Assembly: GCA_043819095.1 (NCBI GenBank)
Contig: JBDRFF010000020.1
Coordinates: forward strand, 101,890 to 161,755
DNA: 59,866 nucleotides
Origin: Candidatus Omnitrophota bacterium
GTDB lineage: Bacteria; Omnitrophota; Gorgyraeia; VGKH01
Direction of reading: 5' to 3'
Positions 49,073 through 59,222 of this stretch are shown one piece after another. Position 1 is the first letter of the stretch; every line of letters begins with the position of its first letter. The notes under the pieces were generated by a model. That model worked only from the letters and a program-made list of their open reading frames with translations. It did not search any database and had not been told where the DNA came from. The translations under genes and the position numbers were made by a program.

Positions 49073-49787
49073 TGCATCCTCCTTTGATAATATCTATCGG
49101 GAATATTTCTTCGAATTTATTTAACAAATTCTGCTTTAATTTTTTGTCAATTTCGACTTCTTTGTTCAGAATTTTCGAGACTGAAGTCATTTCGACATCC
49201 AATCCACAAGGCCTGATAAAAGAAAAATATTTCAGATCCGAATTTATATTTATTGCTAAGCCGTGATAGGTAATCCATTTTTTAACAGCTATTCCGATGG
49301 ATGCAATTTTCTCGTCGCCCGCCCAGACGCCGGTAAGCCCAAGTTTTCTTCCTGTATCGATATTATAGAGCCTTAAGAATTTAATTATAACTTCTTCTAA
49401 ACTTCTTAAGAAATACCGTAAGTCTTTTTTAAATCGGCTTAAATCAAATATCGGATAAACAACCAGTTGACCCGGTCCGTGATACGTGATATCTCCGCCT
49501 CTATCGACTTTGTAAAAATCGGTCCTAAATTGTTGCATCTCATTTTGTGAAATAAGAATATTGTTATATTTTGAAGATCTTCCCTGAGTAAATGTGTTTG
49601 GATGCTGACAAAGGATTAGCGTATCAGGGCCGCTTGAATATCTAATCTTATCTAAAGTTTGCTTTTGATACTCATAGGCATAAGAATAATCAACAACACC
49701 TAAATCAACTAATTGACATAGATTAGATACCTCTTGCCGCCTCGCCGATAGCTTCTGATAAGGTGGGATGAGCAAAGATTGTGTCAT
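49050..49787 (-). CDS. lipB: Octanoyltransferase (start uncertain)
   Basis: HPNTFTQG, RGGDITYHGPGQ, KIASIG, HG.A.N, PCG. Confidence 0.92.
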   Translation of the reverse strand: MTQSLLIPPYQKLSARRQEVSNLCQLVDLGVVDYSYAYEYQKQTLDKIRYSSGPDTLILCQHPNTFTQGRSSKYNNILISQNEMQQFRTDFYKVDRGGDITYHGPGQLVVYPIFDLSRFKKDLRYFLRSLEEVIIKFLRLYNIDTGRKLGLTGVWAGDEKIASIGIAVKKWITYHGLAININSDLKYFSFIRPCGLDVEMTSVSKILNKEVEIDKKLKQNLLNKFEEIFPIDIIKGGCNEESFTA

Positions 49788-51018
49788 GAATCTGAGAGAT
49801 TGTTAGTTTTGATTTTATTGCCAAAGAAAAAACCGAAATCAGCTCTGTTGCCTTTGGCCCGATTATACTTGCGCCGATTACTTCTTTAGAATTGCTATCA
49901 ACAATAATCTTAACAAAGCCTTCTGTCTCATCCAGAATATGTGCCATGCTGGAAGCTAAAAAGTCAAATTTACTGACCTGATATGATATTCCTTTTATAT
50001 TAGCTTGCTCTTCTGTTGAACCTACGCTTGCGACTTCAGGACTAGTAAAAATACAATTCGGAACGGAAGAATAATCAACTTGAATCTTTTTTCCGGAAAT
50101 ATTCTCAACAGCTGTCTCTCCTTCGTAAGCTGCAACATGGGCTAATTGATGTCCGCCGATACAGTCACCAACAGCATAAATATTCGCAATATTGGTCTGT
50201 AGATTCTCACTGACCGAGATTCCTTTTTTATCTTTATTGATTCCTACGCCTTCCAAGCCATCAAGATCGGTATTTGCGATTCTTCCCACGCAAACAAGAA
50301 TTTTTTCGAATTTATCTAAATCAACGCTCTTTACATCCGTCTTAGCCAAAACCTTAATGCCTTTTTTCTTAAAAGCAACCTCTAATTTCTTGGCGATATC
50401 CTTATCTTCGTTCGGCAAAATATGCTCCAAAATCTCAACTATGGTAACTTTTGAGCCCAGCGAAGAAAAAATACTGGCAAATTCACAGCCGATTACTCCT
50501 CCTCCGACAATCAGAAGGCTTTCAGGAATAAATTTTATATCTAAAATTTCATCACTTGAGACAATCTTTTTCTGATCGAATTTCAAAAATGGCAACTCCG
50601 TTGGTTTTGAGCCAATAGAAATAATTATATTTTTTGCTTTTATGCTTTTGGAATCGACCGATATCTCATCAGCGCTAACTATCTTGGCCTTGCCTTGAAC
50701 GAAATCAATACCTTTTGTTTTTAGCTGAAGCTGCATTCCTTTATTTAATTTATCTACTATTGCATTTTTACGGCTCTGAATCTTTTCGAAATTAATTTTC
50801 GCACCGCTCAGTTCCACACCGAAATTAGGAAGTTTTTTTGTCTGGGAGAACGACTTTGCTGAATTAACCATAACTTTTGTAGGGATGCAGCCACGATTTA
50901 AACAGGTGCCGCCAACTGCGGATTGTTCCACTAAACAGACAGATAGTCCCAGCTGTTTAGCCCGCATTGCAGCGCTATATCCCGCCCAGCCAGCTCCGAT
51001 TATGCAGATATCGTGCAT
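49723..51018 (-). CDS. lpdA: Dihydrolipoamide dehydrogenase
   Basis: GGTCLNRGCIP, GGGVIG, GD, HPTLSE. Confidence 0.93.
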   Translation of the reverse strand: MHDICIIGAGWAGYSAAMRAKQLGLSVCLVEQSAVGGTCLNRGCIPTKVMVNSAKSFSQTKKLPNFGVELSGAKINFEKIQSRKNAIVDKLNKGMQLQLKTKGIDFVQGKAKIVSADEISVDSKSIKAKNIIISIGSKPTELPFLKFDQKKIVSSDEILDIKFIPESLLIVGGGVIGCEFASIFSSLGSKVTIVEILEHILPNEDKDIAKKLEVAFKKKGIKVLAKTDVKSVDLDKFEKILVCVGRIANTDLDGLEGVGINKDKKGISVSENLQTNIANIYAVGDCIGGHQLAHVAAYEGETAVENISGKKIQVDYSSVPNCIFTSPEVASVGSTEEQANIKGISYQVSKFDFLASSMAHILDETEGFVKIIVDSNSKEVIGASIIGPKATELISVFSLAIKSKLTISQIHDTIFAHPTLSEAIGEAARGI

Positions 51019-51917
51019 TCCCTTAACTCCTGTGCGGCTTTTAAAAGTGAATCTTTTTCCTTTTGATTTAAATCCAATTCAATAATTTCTTTTATGCCAG
51101 ATTTTCCTAATTTTATCGGAACACCAATAAAAATACCTTCTAATCCGTATTGGCCATCTAAATAAACTGACGCAACTGTCTCAGCATTCTCATCTTTTAA
51201 AATAGATTTGACCATATTAAATATTGCTGCGGAAGGTGCAAAATACGCGCTGCCTGAGCCTAAATGTGATACTATAGTGGCTCCTCGCCTGACCGTAGCA
51301 TCGATCAAATCATCGATTTTCTTCTCATCGAATGTCTCCGAAAGCGGCTTTCCGTTTACTTTCGTAAAACGCGCTAAGGGCAACATGCCTTTTCCGTGAA
51401 CACCGATAACCAAAGCATCAATTTTAGAAACAGGCACTTTTGTCTCCTGAAAAATCAAATTAGCGAAACGCGCAGAATCAAGACTTACGCCGAAACCGAT
51501 CAATTTCTCTGCATTGAAATTGGTAATTTCATAAAAAAGCTTCGTCATCATATCGACGGGGTTTGTCAAAATAATAACTACTGCTTTTGAATTTAAATCT
51601 TTAATTTTTGAAGCAATATCTTTAACTATCTGGACATTTTTCTTTAATAAATTTTCCCTGCTCATTCCTGGCTTTCGTGGAAAACCTGCGGTAATAACAA
51701 TAACATCAGCATCTTTAACTTGATTGAAATCTTCCGTAGAATTTATGGAGAGATCTATATTTAATGCGGAAAGAGAATCTTCTAAATCGAGAGATTTTCC
51801 TTTGGCAATATCTTTAGCAATATCGATCAAAACAACATCAGCTAATCCAGCATCGAGAATCCGCATTGCTGCCAGGCTTCCAACATTACCGGCTCCGATT
51901 ATCGCAACTTTTGGCAT
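51000..51917 (-). CDS. mdh: Malate dehydrogenase (LDH-like)
   Basis: GAGNVG, PRKPGMSR, NP, LDSARF, GSAYFAP. Confidence 0.9.
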   Translation of the reverse strand: MPKVAIIGAGNVGSLAAMRILDAGLADVVLIDIAKDIAKGKSLDLEDSLSALNIDLSINSTEDFNQVKDADVIVITAGFPRKPGMSRENLLKKNVQIVKDIASKIKDLNSKAVVIILTNPVDMMTKLFYEITNFNAEKLIGFGVSLDSARFANLIFQETKVPVSKIDALVIGVHGKGMLPLARFTKVNGKPLSETFDEKKIDDLIDATVRRGATIVSHLGSGSAYFAPSAAIFNMVKSILKDENAETVASVYLDGQYGLEGIFIGVPIKLGKSGIKEIIELDLNQKEKDSLLKAAQELRECTISA

Positions 51918-52978
51918 ATTGCCTCCGCCATCTCTTTTGTGCCGACTGCTGTGGGATCGTTTCTATCTTTCTTTAAATCGTAAGTAACAGATTTTCCTTC
52001 TCTAAGGACCTCTTTGATTGCTTTTTCTAATCTATCTGCTGCCTTAGTTTCACCAATATGTCTTAACATTAACACACCAGAAAGAATTGTTGCGGTAGGA
52101 TTTACTTTATTCTGACCCGTATATTTTGGGGCAGCACCATGCACTGGCTCAAAAAGCGCAACTTCATCTCCGAAATTTGCTCCAGGAGCAACACCCAGAC
52201 CACCGACCAGACCAGCGCAAAGATCAGATATTATATCGCCGTAAAGATTCGGCAAAACTAAAACGTCAAAATTATTCGGCTTTTGGACCAACTGCATAGA
52301 CATATTATCAACTATGGCTTCTTCAAACTGAATTTGGCTATATTTTTTGGCAACTTCTCTAGCTACCTTAAGAAATAAACCATCGGAATATTTTAAAATA
52401 TTTGCTTTGTGCACAACAGTGATTTTCTTTCGATTATTCTTTATCGCATACTCAAAAGCAAAGCGAACTATACGCTCAGAAGCAAATTTAGATATTGGTT
52501 TCAGGGAGATACCTGAATCGTCTCTAATCTTACATTTTGTAAGTGATTCGATATTTTTGATTATCTTTTTAGTCTCAGGTTTTCCTTCCTCAAACTCTAT
52601 ACCTACATATAAACCTTCGGTGTTTTCTCTAATCACAACAATATCTATATCTTTTAATATTGATTTTGTGCCTTCGTATGACTTTGCCGGCCTGACGCAG
52701 GCATATAAATCCAAAGACTGCCTCATTGCCACGTTTACTGAGCGAAAACCACCGGCAATCGGAGTAATAATCGGGCCTTTTATCGCGACCTTGTTTTTCT
52801 TAATTAGATTTAAAGTCTCCTGCGGTAAGGGAGTGCCGAATTTTTCTATTGCTGTTTCTCCAGCGATAGCCTCGTGCCAATCGATTTTTACTCCTGTAGC
52901 CTCTATGCATAATTTTGCTGCCTCTGCAACTTCAGGGCCAATTCCATCACCGGGAATAAAAGTGATTTTATAGCTCAT
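51899..52978 (-). CDS. Isocitrate/isopropylmalate dehydrogenase family protein
   Basis: GDGIGPE, KGP, RENTE, HKANI, NLYGDIISD, EPVHG. Confidence 0.9.
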   Translation of the reverse strand: MSYKITFIPGDGIGPEVAEAAKLCIEATGVKIDWHEAIAGETAIEKFGTPLPQETLNLIKKNKVAIKGPIITPIAGGFRSVNVAMRQSLDLYACVRPAKSYEGTKSILKDIDIVVIRENTEGLYVGIEFEEGKPETKKIIKNIESLTKCKIRDDSGISLKPISKFASERIVRFAFEYAIKNNRKKITVVHKANILKYSDGLFLKVAREVAKKYSQIQFEEAIVDNMSMQLVQKPNNFDVLVLPNLYGDIISDLCAGLVGGLGVAPGANFGDEVALFEPVHGAAPKYTGQNKVNPTATILSGVLMLRHIGETKAADRLEKAIKEVLREGKSVTYDLKKDRNDPTAVGTKEMAEAICQKLR

Positions 52979-53475
52979 ATTTTCAACCTACCGTATTTTT
53001 TGACATGCGCCACAGCTCCTCCGTCGGAAAGCAAGTTCATCATTATCTTTGGGAGAGGGCGTATTTTATAAGTTTTCTTTTTGGTTAAATTCTTTATTAT
53101 GCCTTTTCCTAAATCTATCTCGAGCTCGTCATGTTCTTTAATGCTTCCAGTGTCTGCTTCTACCAAAGGTAAGCCGATGTTAAAACTGTTTCGATAAAAG
53201 ATACGAGCAAAACTTTTTGCAACAACCGCAACTATGCCCGCATACTTTATCACCAGAGGTGCCTGCTCACGGGAAGAACCCATTCCAAAATTTTCTCCGG
53301 CAACAATAATAGATTTTCCAGGTTTTAGCCTTTTATAAAAATTGGGCTTTATATCTTCCATTAAGTGCTTGGCCAATTCTTTCATATTGGTTACTGAAAA
53401 TTTATATCTGCCGGAGATAATCCAATCGGTATTTATGTTATCAGAAAATTTATAGCAGAGCCCTTTGAGCTTCAT
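52975..53475 (-). CDS. leuD: Isopropylmalate/homoaconitate dehydratase small subunit
   Basis: [30 protein letters not shown]. Confidence 0.85.
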   Translation of the reverse strand: MKLKGLCYKFSDNINTDWIISGRYKFSVTNMKELAKHLMEDIKPNFYKRLKPGKSIIVAGENFGMGSSREQAPLVIKYAGIVAVVAKSFARIFYRNSFNIGLPLVEADTGSIKEHDELEIDLGKGIIKNLTKKKTYKIRPLPKIMMNLLSDGGAVAHVKKYGRLKI

Positions 53476-53477
53476 TA

Positions 53478-54524
53478 TTAAAGATGTTTAAATTCTTCGG
53501 GATTCTTTAGCTTACTTTTTGCAACTTCCTGACTGATAATGCCAGCCTGGTAGAGATCCTTTAGAGACTTATCCATAGTCTTCATCCCATGTTGGCTACC
53601 AGTCTGAATCATGGTAGGAATCTGTTCGATTTCTTGCTCACGAATCAAATTTCTGATGCCGGGCGTAGCAATTAATACCTCTGTGGACAAAACTCTTCCC
53701 TGCCCGCTAATGCGAGGAAGAAGAATCTGTGAGACAACCCCTTGGAGACAATCAGCTAACTGTAATTTAACCTGCTGTTGCTGATGAGGCGGAAACACAT
53801 CGATAATCCTCTCTATTGTCTGAGGAGCATCCGGAGTATGCAAAGTTGCCAGAACTAAATGACCTGTCTCTGCCGCTGTCAGAGTAGTCGATATTGTTTC
53901 CAAGTCACGCATTTCTCCGACGACAATAACATCCGGATCTTGTCTTAGGCAGTGTCGTAATGCCTGAGCAAAAGAAAGAGTGTCAGAATGAACCTCACGT
54001 TGTTTTATAATGCTCTTTTTGTTTGTGTGAACGAATTCAATCGGGTCTTCGATACAGATAACTATTTCCTCGCGTTCGTTATTGATAAGTTCGATCATGG
54101 AAGCAAGCGTTGTTGTCTTTCCTACGCCGGTCGGTCCGGTAATCAAGACTAATCCATTAGGCCTTCTTGCCAAATTAACAACAACTTTAGGCAATCCCAG
54201 TTCTTCCGTAGTAGGAACATAATTTGGAATTCTTCTAAACGCTGCTTCGATTGAACCCCTTTGGATATGAACATTGACCCTGAAACGGTCCATATCGGGA
54301 AGTGCTAAAGAAAAATCAAGCTCCTTGTCCCTTTCAAACATCTCTTTTTGCAGATTGGTCAACATGCTATAAATTAAACGCTTGGTATCATCTCTTTCAA
54401 GAGCAGAAAATTTCGTCAACATCAGTTTTCCGTCGACACGCAGTATTGGAGGAGAATTCTCGGTAAGATGCAAATCCGACGCCTTTTTCTCAATTGTTAA
54501 CATTAATAAATCTTTTAATTCCAC
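53478..54524 (-). CDS. pilT: Type IV pilus retraction ATPase
   Basis: ASDLHL, GPTGVGKTT, EDPIE, LRQDPD, GEMRD, TGH..TLH, IRNLIRE. Confidence 0.93.
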   Translation of the reverse strand: MELKDLLMLTIEKKASDLHLTENSPPILRVDGKLMLTKFSALERDDTKRLIYSMLTNLQKEMFERDKELDFSLALPDMDRFRVNVHIQRGSIEAAFRRIPNYVPTTEELGLPKVVVNLARRPNGLVLITGPTGVGKTTTLASMIELINNEREEIVICIEDPIEFVHTNKKSIIKQREVHSDTLSFAQALRHCLRQDPDVIVVGEMRDLETISTTLTAAETGHLVLATLHTPDAPQTIERIIDVFPPHQQQQVKLQLADCLQGVVSQILLPRISGQGRVLSTEVLIATPGIRNLIREQEIEQIPTMIQTGSQHGMKTMDKSLKDLYQAGIISQEVAKSKLKNPEEFKHL

Positions 54525-54543
54525 TAGAAACCTCCTTTATTAT

Positions 54544-55797
54544 CTAAAGATATTTTCTTGGATCTATAATTTTTCCTTCTATCGCCGAAGCAGCTACAGT
54601 AGCAGGGGATGATAAATAAATAAATGCCTTGGGATTTCCCATCCTGCCTTTAAAATTTCTGTTTGCCGTTGAAATAACTATTTCTCCGTCAGCGGGCACA
54701 CCATGATGGGTGCCTACACAAGGGCCACATCCAGGATTAACAACAACAGCTCCTGCCTGCAGAAACGTCTGGATAATACCTCTTTTCATTGCCTCGAGAA
54801 AAATTTTGGAAGATGCGGGAGCTACAATAAACTTTACACCATCTTTTATTCTATTTCCATCTAAAATTTCTGCCGCTATCTTTAAATCTTCAAGCCTTCC
54901 GTTGGTACAGGTTCCCAAATATGCTTCATCAATTTTTCGACCTTTGACTTTACTTACAGAAGAAACATTATCTACCGAATGTGGCTTTGCAACCTGAGGC
55001 TCTAATTTAGATATATCGAACATTAATGTTTTCGAATAATTGGCGGTTTTATCGGATTCTAAAGAATGGAATCTTTTTCTAACATTGTGATTCTTTAACC
55101 ATGTCCTTGTTTTTTTATCTGCATGGAAAAAAGCGCATTTTGCACCCATTTCAATAACCATATTACTTATGGTAAAGCGGCTATCCATGCTTAAATTATC
55201 AATTGTTGATCCGCTAAACTCGATTGCTTTATAAGTACAGCCGTTTGAGCCGATCTTTCCTATAATATATAAAATTATATCTTTGGCAAAAACGCCTTTG
55301 GGCATTTTGCCTTTAACAATAATTTTAACTGTCTCTGGGACCCGGAACCAATTCTTGCCAGTAGCTAAACTTATAGCTAAGTCTGTCGAACCCATACCTG
55401 TGGCAAATGCATTCAAGGCTCCATATGTACAAGTGTGAGAATCTGCTCCTACGATAAGATCTCCAGGAGCAATATATCCAGCCTCAGGAATAACCTGATG
55501 ACATACACCGCAGCCAACATCAAAAAGATTAACATCCTGTTCTCTAGCAAATTTACGCATTTGCTGATGCACGCGAGATACGCCTAAAGAAGGACTCGGT
55601 GCGCTATGGTCAATAACCATACAGAAATTTCTGCTTTTCACTTTCTTTATTCCAAGCTCCTTGATTCTATCCATGATAATACTGCTGGTACCATCTTGGC
55701 CAAAACAGAAATCAACTTTGCATATTGCATAATCCCCGGCATAAAGATTCTTTCCTGAATGGGCACTTAATATTTTCTCGACTATTGTCTTACCCAT
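54544..55797 (-). CDS. leuC: Isopropylmalate/homoaconitate dehydratase large subunit (short HacA/DmdA-type)
   Basis: DSHTCT, GTCTNGR, GCGPC, NRNFKGRMG; 417 aa. Confidence 0.85.
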   Translation of the reverse strand: MGKTIVEKILSAHSGKNLYAGDYAICKVDFCFGQDGTSSIIMDRIKELGIKKVKSRNFCMVIDHSAPSPSLGVSRVHQQMRKFAREQDVNLFDVGCGVCHQVIPEAGYIAPGDLIVGADSHTCTYGALNAFATGMGSTDLAISLATGKNWFRVPETVKIIVKGKMPKGVFAKDIILYIIGKIGSNGCTYKAIEFSGSTIDNLSMDSRFTISNMVIEMGAKCAFFHADKKTRTWLKNHNVRKRFHSLESDKTANYSKTLMFDISKLEPQVAKPHSVDNVSSVSKVKGRKIDEAYLGTCTNGRLEDLKIAAEILDGNRIKDGVKFIVAPASSKIFLEAMKRGIIQTFLQAGAVVVNPGCGPCVGTHHGVPADGEIVISTANRNFKGRMGNPKAFIYLSSPATVAASAIEGKIIDPRKYL

Positions 55798-56942
55798 TTC
55801 TCGATTCTGTCCATGCCCTTCTTGATACTTTCTAAATCGGTAGCGAAGCTTAAACGAACAAAATCATCGCGACCAAAGCCCCTTCCCGGAATCACTGCGA
55901 CTTTTGTATCATCTAATAGTTTTTGCGCAAAAGTATCGGAATTCATATTCGTTGCTGAGATGTCGCAAAATATATAAAATGCGCCTTGTGGCTTTATATA
56001 GCTTAATTTATTAATCTTATCTAATCTTTGTATCATGTAATCACGTCTTTTCTGAAATTCATCTCGCATCCTTACAATTTCGTTCTCGGACATATTTAGC
56101 GCTGCTAAGGCTGCTGCTTGGCTGATGGAAGTCGGATTCGATGTCGAATGGCTTTGTATCTTCTTAATAGCTCCAGCTATCTCCCTTGACGCCCCGATAT
56201 AGCCGATGCGCCAGCCCGTCATAGAAAAAGCCTTAGAGACACCGTTAACCGTAATTGTCAGATCAAAAATATCCTTTCCCAAAGCTGCTATTGAGATATG
56301 CCTCTGGTCGTCGTAAATCAATTTTTCATAAATCTCATCGCTAATAACAAAAATTTTCTTTGATACGCATATCTTTGCGATCTCTTCTAATTCTTCTGCT
56401 GTATAGACTACTCCCGTGGGATTGGAGGGTGAATTCAGAATAAGTGCTTTTGTCTTTTTAGTAATGATTTTTCCTAATTTCTTTGGATCAATTTTGAAAT
56501 TCTCCGAAGCTTTAGTCTCTAGAATAACAGGTTCTGCTTCAGCAAGTCTGACCATCTCGGGATAGCTGACCCAGTATGGCGCTTGAATTATTATCTCATC
56601 ACCTGCATCTGCTATTGCCTGGATAACGTTATAAAGAGAATGTTTTGCTCCGCAGGAAACCACTATTTGTTCGGATAAGTAATTTAGTGAATTATCTTTT
56701 TTAAATTTATCAGATACGGCTTGTCTTAATTCTAATGTGCCTGCGGTAGGGGTGTATTTGGTGAAACCGTCGTTTATGGCTTTGATTGCAGCTTGTTTGA
56801 TTTGTTGAGGAGTGTCAAAATCAGGCTCGCCAGCGGCAAAATTGACAATATCAGAACCTTGTTTTTTTAGTTGCTTTACTCGGGAGGTGATTGCTAATGT
56901 AGGTGATTCTGAAACCGCTTTAGCTCTTTTTGAAAGATTCAT
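55782..56942 (-). CDS. Class I PLP aminotransferase (aspartate aminotransferase-like)
   Basis: GEPDF, NPTG, DEIY, SKAFSMTGWRIG. Confidence 0.92.
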   Translation of the reverse strand: MNLSKRAKAVSESPTLAITSRVKQLKKQGSDIVNFAAGEPDFDTPQQIKQAAIKAINDGFTKYTPTAGTLELRQAVSDKFKKDNSLNYLSEQIVVSCGAKHSLYNVIQAIADAGDEIIIQAPYWVSYPEMVRLAEAEPVILETKASENFKIDPKKLGKIITKKTKALILNSPSNPTGVVYTAEELEEIAKICVSKKIFVISDEIYEKLIYDDQRHISIAALGKDIFDLTITVNGVSKAFSMTGWRIGYIGASREIAGAIKKIQSHSTSNPTSISQAAALAALNMSENEIVRMRDEFQKRRDYMIQRLDKINKLSYIKPQGAFYIFCDISATNMNSDTFAQKLLDDTKVAVIPGRGFGRDDFVRLSFATDLESIKKGMDRIEKWVRQ

Positions 56943-56954
56943 TTTATTTGAGGG

Positions 56955-57554
56955 TTATAACGAATCTCTTTCTTTTTTGAAAAACTTCCTTAATCCTCCG
57001 ATAAATTTTTTAGGTGGCTTGGCTTCTTTAATCTTTTGCTTTTCTTTTACATGTTCTTTTGGCTTAGGTTCGACCTTCTCTTTTTCTTTAGGCTCTTCTT
57101 GCTTAGGAGATAAAACCTTTCCTCTGGGAGCAGCTTTCTTCTCTGCTTTTTCAGGTTTCTCTTCCTTAGCTTTCGTCTTTTTTGCCTTTTCTTCTTTCTT
57201 TATCTCAGTAAGTTCCAGAACTACGACTTGAGCGTTGTCTCCTTTTCTTCTGACCCAATTGATAATTCTGGTATAGCCTCCGTTTCTGTCTTTAAAACGT
57301 GGGGCGATTTCTTTAAACAATAAACTTACAAGATTATGATCGCTTAATTGGGAATAGGCCCGGCGTCGGGAACTCAAATCACCCCGTTTGCCCAAAGTAA
57401 TTAAACGCTCGACCAACCTTCTTGCTTCTTTTGCCTTTGCTTTAGTGGTTTTAATAGATTGGTGCAAGATTACAGACCGAGCAATATCTCTAAGCGTTGC
57501 TTTTCTTAGAGCTCTGTTTCGGCCTAATCTTTTACTTGCTTTTCTATGACGCAT
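56955..57554 (-). CDS. rplQ: 50S ribosomal protein L17 with long C-terminal extension
   Basis: MRHRK, TTKAKAKE, GGYTRI, RKGDNA. Confidence 0.97.
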   Translation of the reverse strand: MRHRKASKRLGRNRALRKATLRDIARSVILHQSIKTTKAKAKEARRLVERLITLGKRGDLSSRRRAYSQLSDHNLVSLLFKEIAPRFKDRNGGYTRIINWVRRKGDNAQVVVLELTEIKKEEKAKKTKAKEEKPEKAEKKAAPRGKVLSPKQEEPKEKEKVEPKPKEHVKEKQKIKEAKPPKKFIGGLRKFFKKERDSL

Positions 57555-57555
57555 C

Positions 57556-58548
57556 CTATTCTTTCTTTCTCAATTTCTTTAAATCTATTTTCATTCCTAA
57601 AGTTATACCCATTCCTTTAAGGAGAGCGCTTATCTCGCTTAGAGATTTCTTACCGAAGTTACGGAATCCTAAAAGTTCTGATTCTGACTTTCTGACCAAA
57701 TCTCCGATCAACTTAATATTTGCGTCTCTTAGACAGTTGGCACTTCTTACTGACAATTCCAGTTCTAAAATAGGCAACCTCAGTTTTTCGTATAATAACT
57801 TATCTTCTACTGAAATTTCTTCTTCTTCCTCTTCTTCTTCGGGAAGCTGGCCGAAATTTACAAACACATCCAAGTGTCTCTGTAAAATATTAGCTGCGTA
57901 TAAAAGCGCATCTTTGGGAGCGAGGCCGCCGTTTGTCCATATCTCTAATATTAACTTATCGTAATCAGTTCTTTGGCCAACGCGCGTATTTTCAGTAAAG
58001 AAATTTACTTTCTTAACAGGAGTAAAAACTGAATCTACCGCTATAGCTCCTAGGGGTTGGTCTTCTTTCTTATTCGATTCTGCTGTAACATAACCTCTGC
58101 CGCGGGAAACCTGCAATTCCATATTGATTTTAGTATCTTTGGTTAGAGTAGCTATGTGCAGATCGGGATTTAATATCTCTATTGTCTCGTCGGTAATTAT
58201 ATCTTTGGCTTTTATCTCACCCTTCTTTTCTTTTTTGATAAAAATCGATTTTGGTGCCTTGGAATGTGACCTTAGAACTAAATTCTTTATGTTTAGAATA
58301 ATATCTGTCACATCCTCTAATACTCCGGGAATCGTGGAGAATTCATGAGAGATACCGTCAAATTTTACAGTTGTTACGGCACTTCCTTCTATCGAAGATA
58401 GAAGGACACGCCTTAAAGAATTTCCCAAGGTAACACCATAGCCCCTTTCGAAAGGCTCAGCTACAAATTTGCCATAAGTGTTAGTATAGCTGGAATCATC
58501 ACATTCCAACCTCTTGGGCATTTGGAAATCTTTCCATTTTATTCCCAT
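57556..58548 (-). CDS. rpoA: RNA polymerase alpha subunit
   Basis: EPFERGYGVTLGNSLRR, HEFS, LSVRSANCL, NFGKKS. Confidence 0.98.
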   Translation of the reverse strand: MGIKWKDFQMPKRLECDDSSYTNTYGKFVAEPFERGYGVTLGNSLRRVLLSSIEGSAVTTVKFDGISHEFSTIPGVLEDVTDIILNIKNLVLRSHSKAPKSIFIKKEKKGEIKAKDIITDETIEILNPDLHIATLTKDTKINMELQVSRGRGYVTAESNKKEDQPLGAIAVDSVFTPVKKVNFFTENTRVGQRTDYDKLILEIWTNGGLAPKDALLYAANILQRHLDVFVNFGQLPEEEEEEEEISVEDKLLYEKLRLPILELELSVRSANCLRDANIKLIGDLVRKSESELLGFRNFGKKSLSEISALLKGMGITLGMKIDLKKLRKKE

Positions 58549-58575
58549 TCTAACCTCCTAAAAATTATCGAAAAA

Positions 58576-59205
58576 TTATTTAGAATATAACTCTACGATT
58601 AACTGTTCACTAATTGGTAACTGAATGTCTTCTCTGTCCGGCAATTTTAAAATTTTGCCCTTTAAATTGTTTGTATCAGCCTCGATCCACGAAGGCATGC
58701 CGCGTTCTTTTGATATCTCAATATTGTCCTGGATCTTTTTACGGAATTTCTCTTTCGCTTTTATTTCGACTATATCATCTGCCTTAACCAAATAAGAAGG
58801 AATATTTACTTTTCGATTATTTACGTAGACGTGATTGTGTCTTACGAATTGCCTTCCCTCAGAACGAGAAGTAGCAAAATGCAAATGAAAAATTACGTTA
58901 TCTAATCTACGCTCTAGATATTGAAGCAGCGTTTTTCCGGTTACGCCTTTTGTTTTAGCTGCCTTATGAAAATAAGTACGGAACTGTTTCTCAAGGATTC
59001 CATAAATCCTTTTTACTTTCTGCTTTTCTCTTAGCTGCTGGGCGTAATTTGAGAGTTTGCCCCTTCTCTTTTGTCCATGGTCTCCGGGAGCATATTGTCT
59101 CTTTACAAAAGCACATCTCTCGGAACCACACTTTTTGCCCTTTAAGAATAGCTTCATCCCTTCTCTTCGACAAAGCCTACAACTTGCACCAATGTATCTT
59201 GCCAT
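58576..59205 (-). CDS. rpsD: 30S ribosomal protein S4 (Cys/zinc type)
   Basis: CRLCRREG, QLREKQK, LERRLDN, IVELYSK. Confidence 0.98.
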   Translation of the reverse strand: MARYIGASCRLCRREGMKLFLKGKKCGSERCAFVKRQYAPGDHGQKRRGKLSNYAQQLREKQKVKRIYGILEKQFRTYFHKAAKTKGVTGKTLLQYLERRLDNVIFHLHFATSRSEGRQFVRHNHVYVNNRKVNIPSYLVKADDIVEIKAKEKFRKKIQDNIEISKERGMPSWIEADTNNLKGKILKLPDREDIQLPISEQLIVELYSK

Positions 59206-59222
59206 TTAAAACCTTTCTAAAA

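Noticed and set aside
11514-57964. Long plus-strand ORFs such as 11514-12179, 19892-20689, 52347-52973 and 57497-57964
   Set aside because: Codon-register antisense shadows of conserved minus-strand genes
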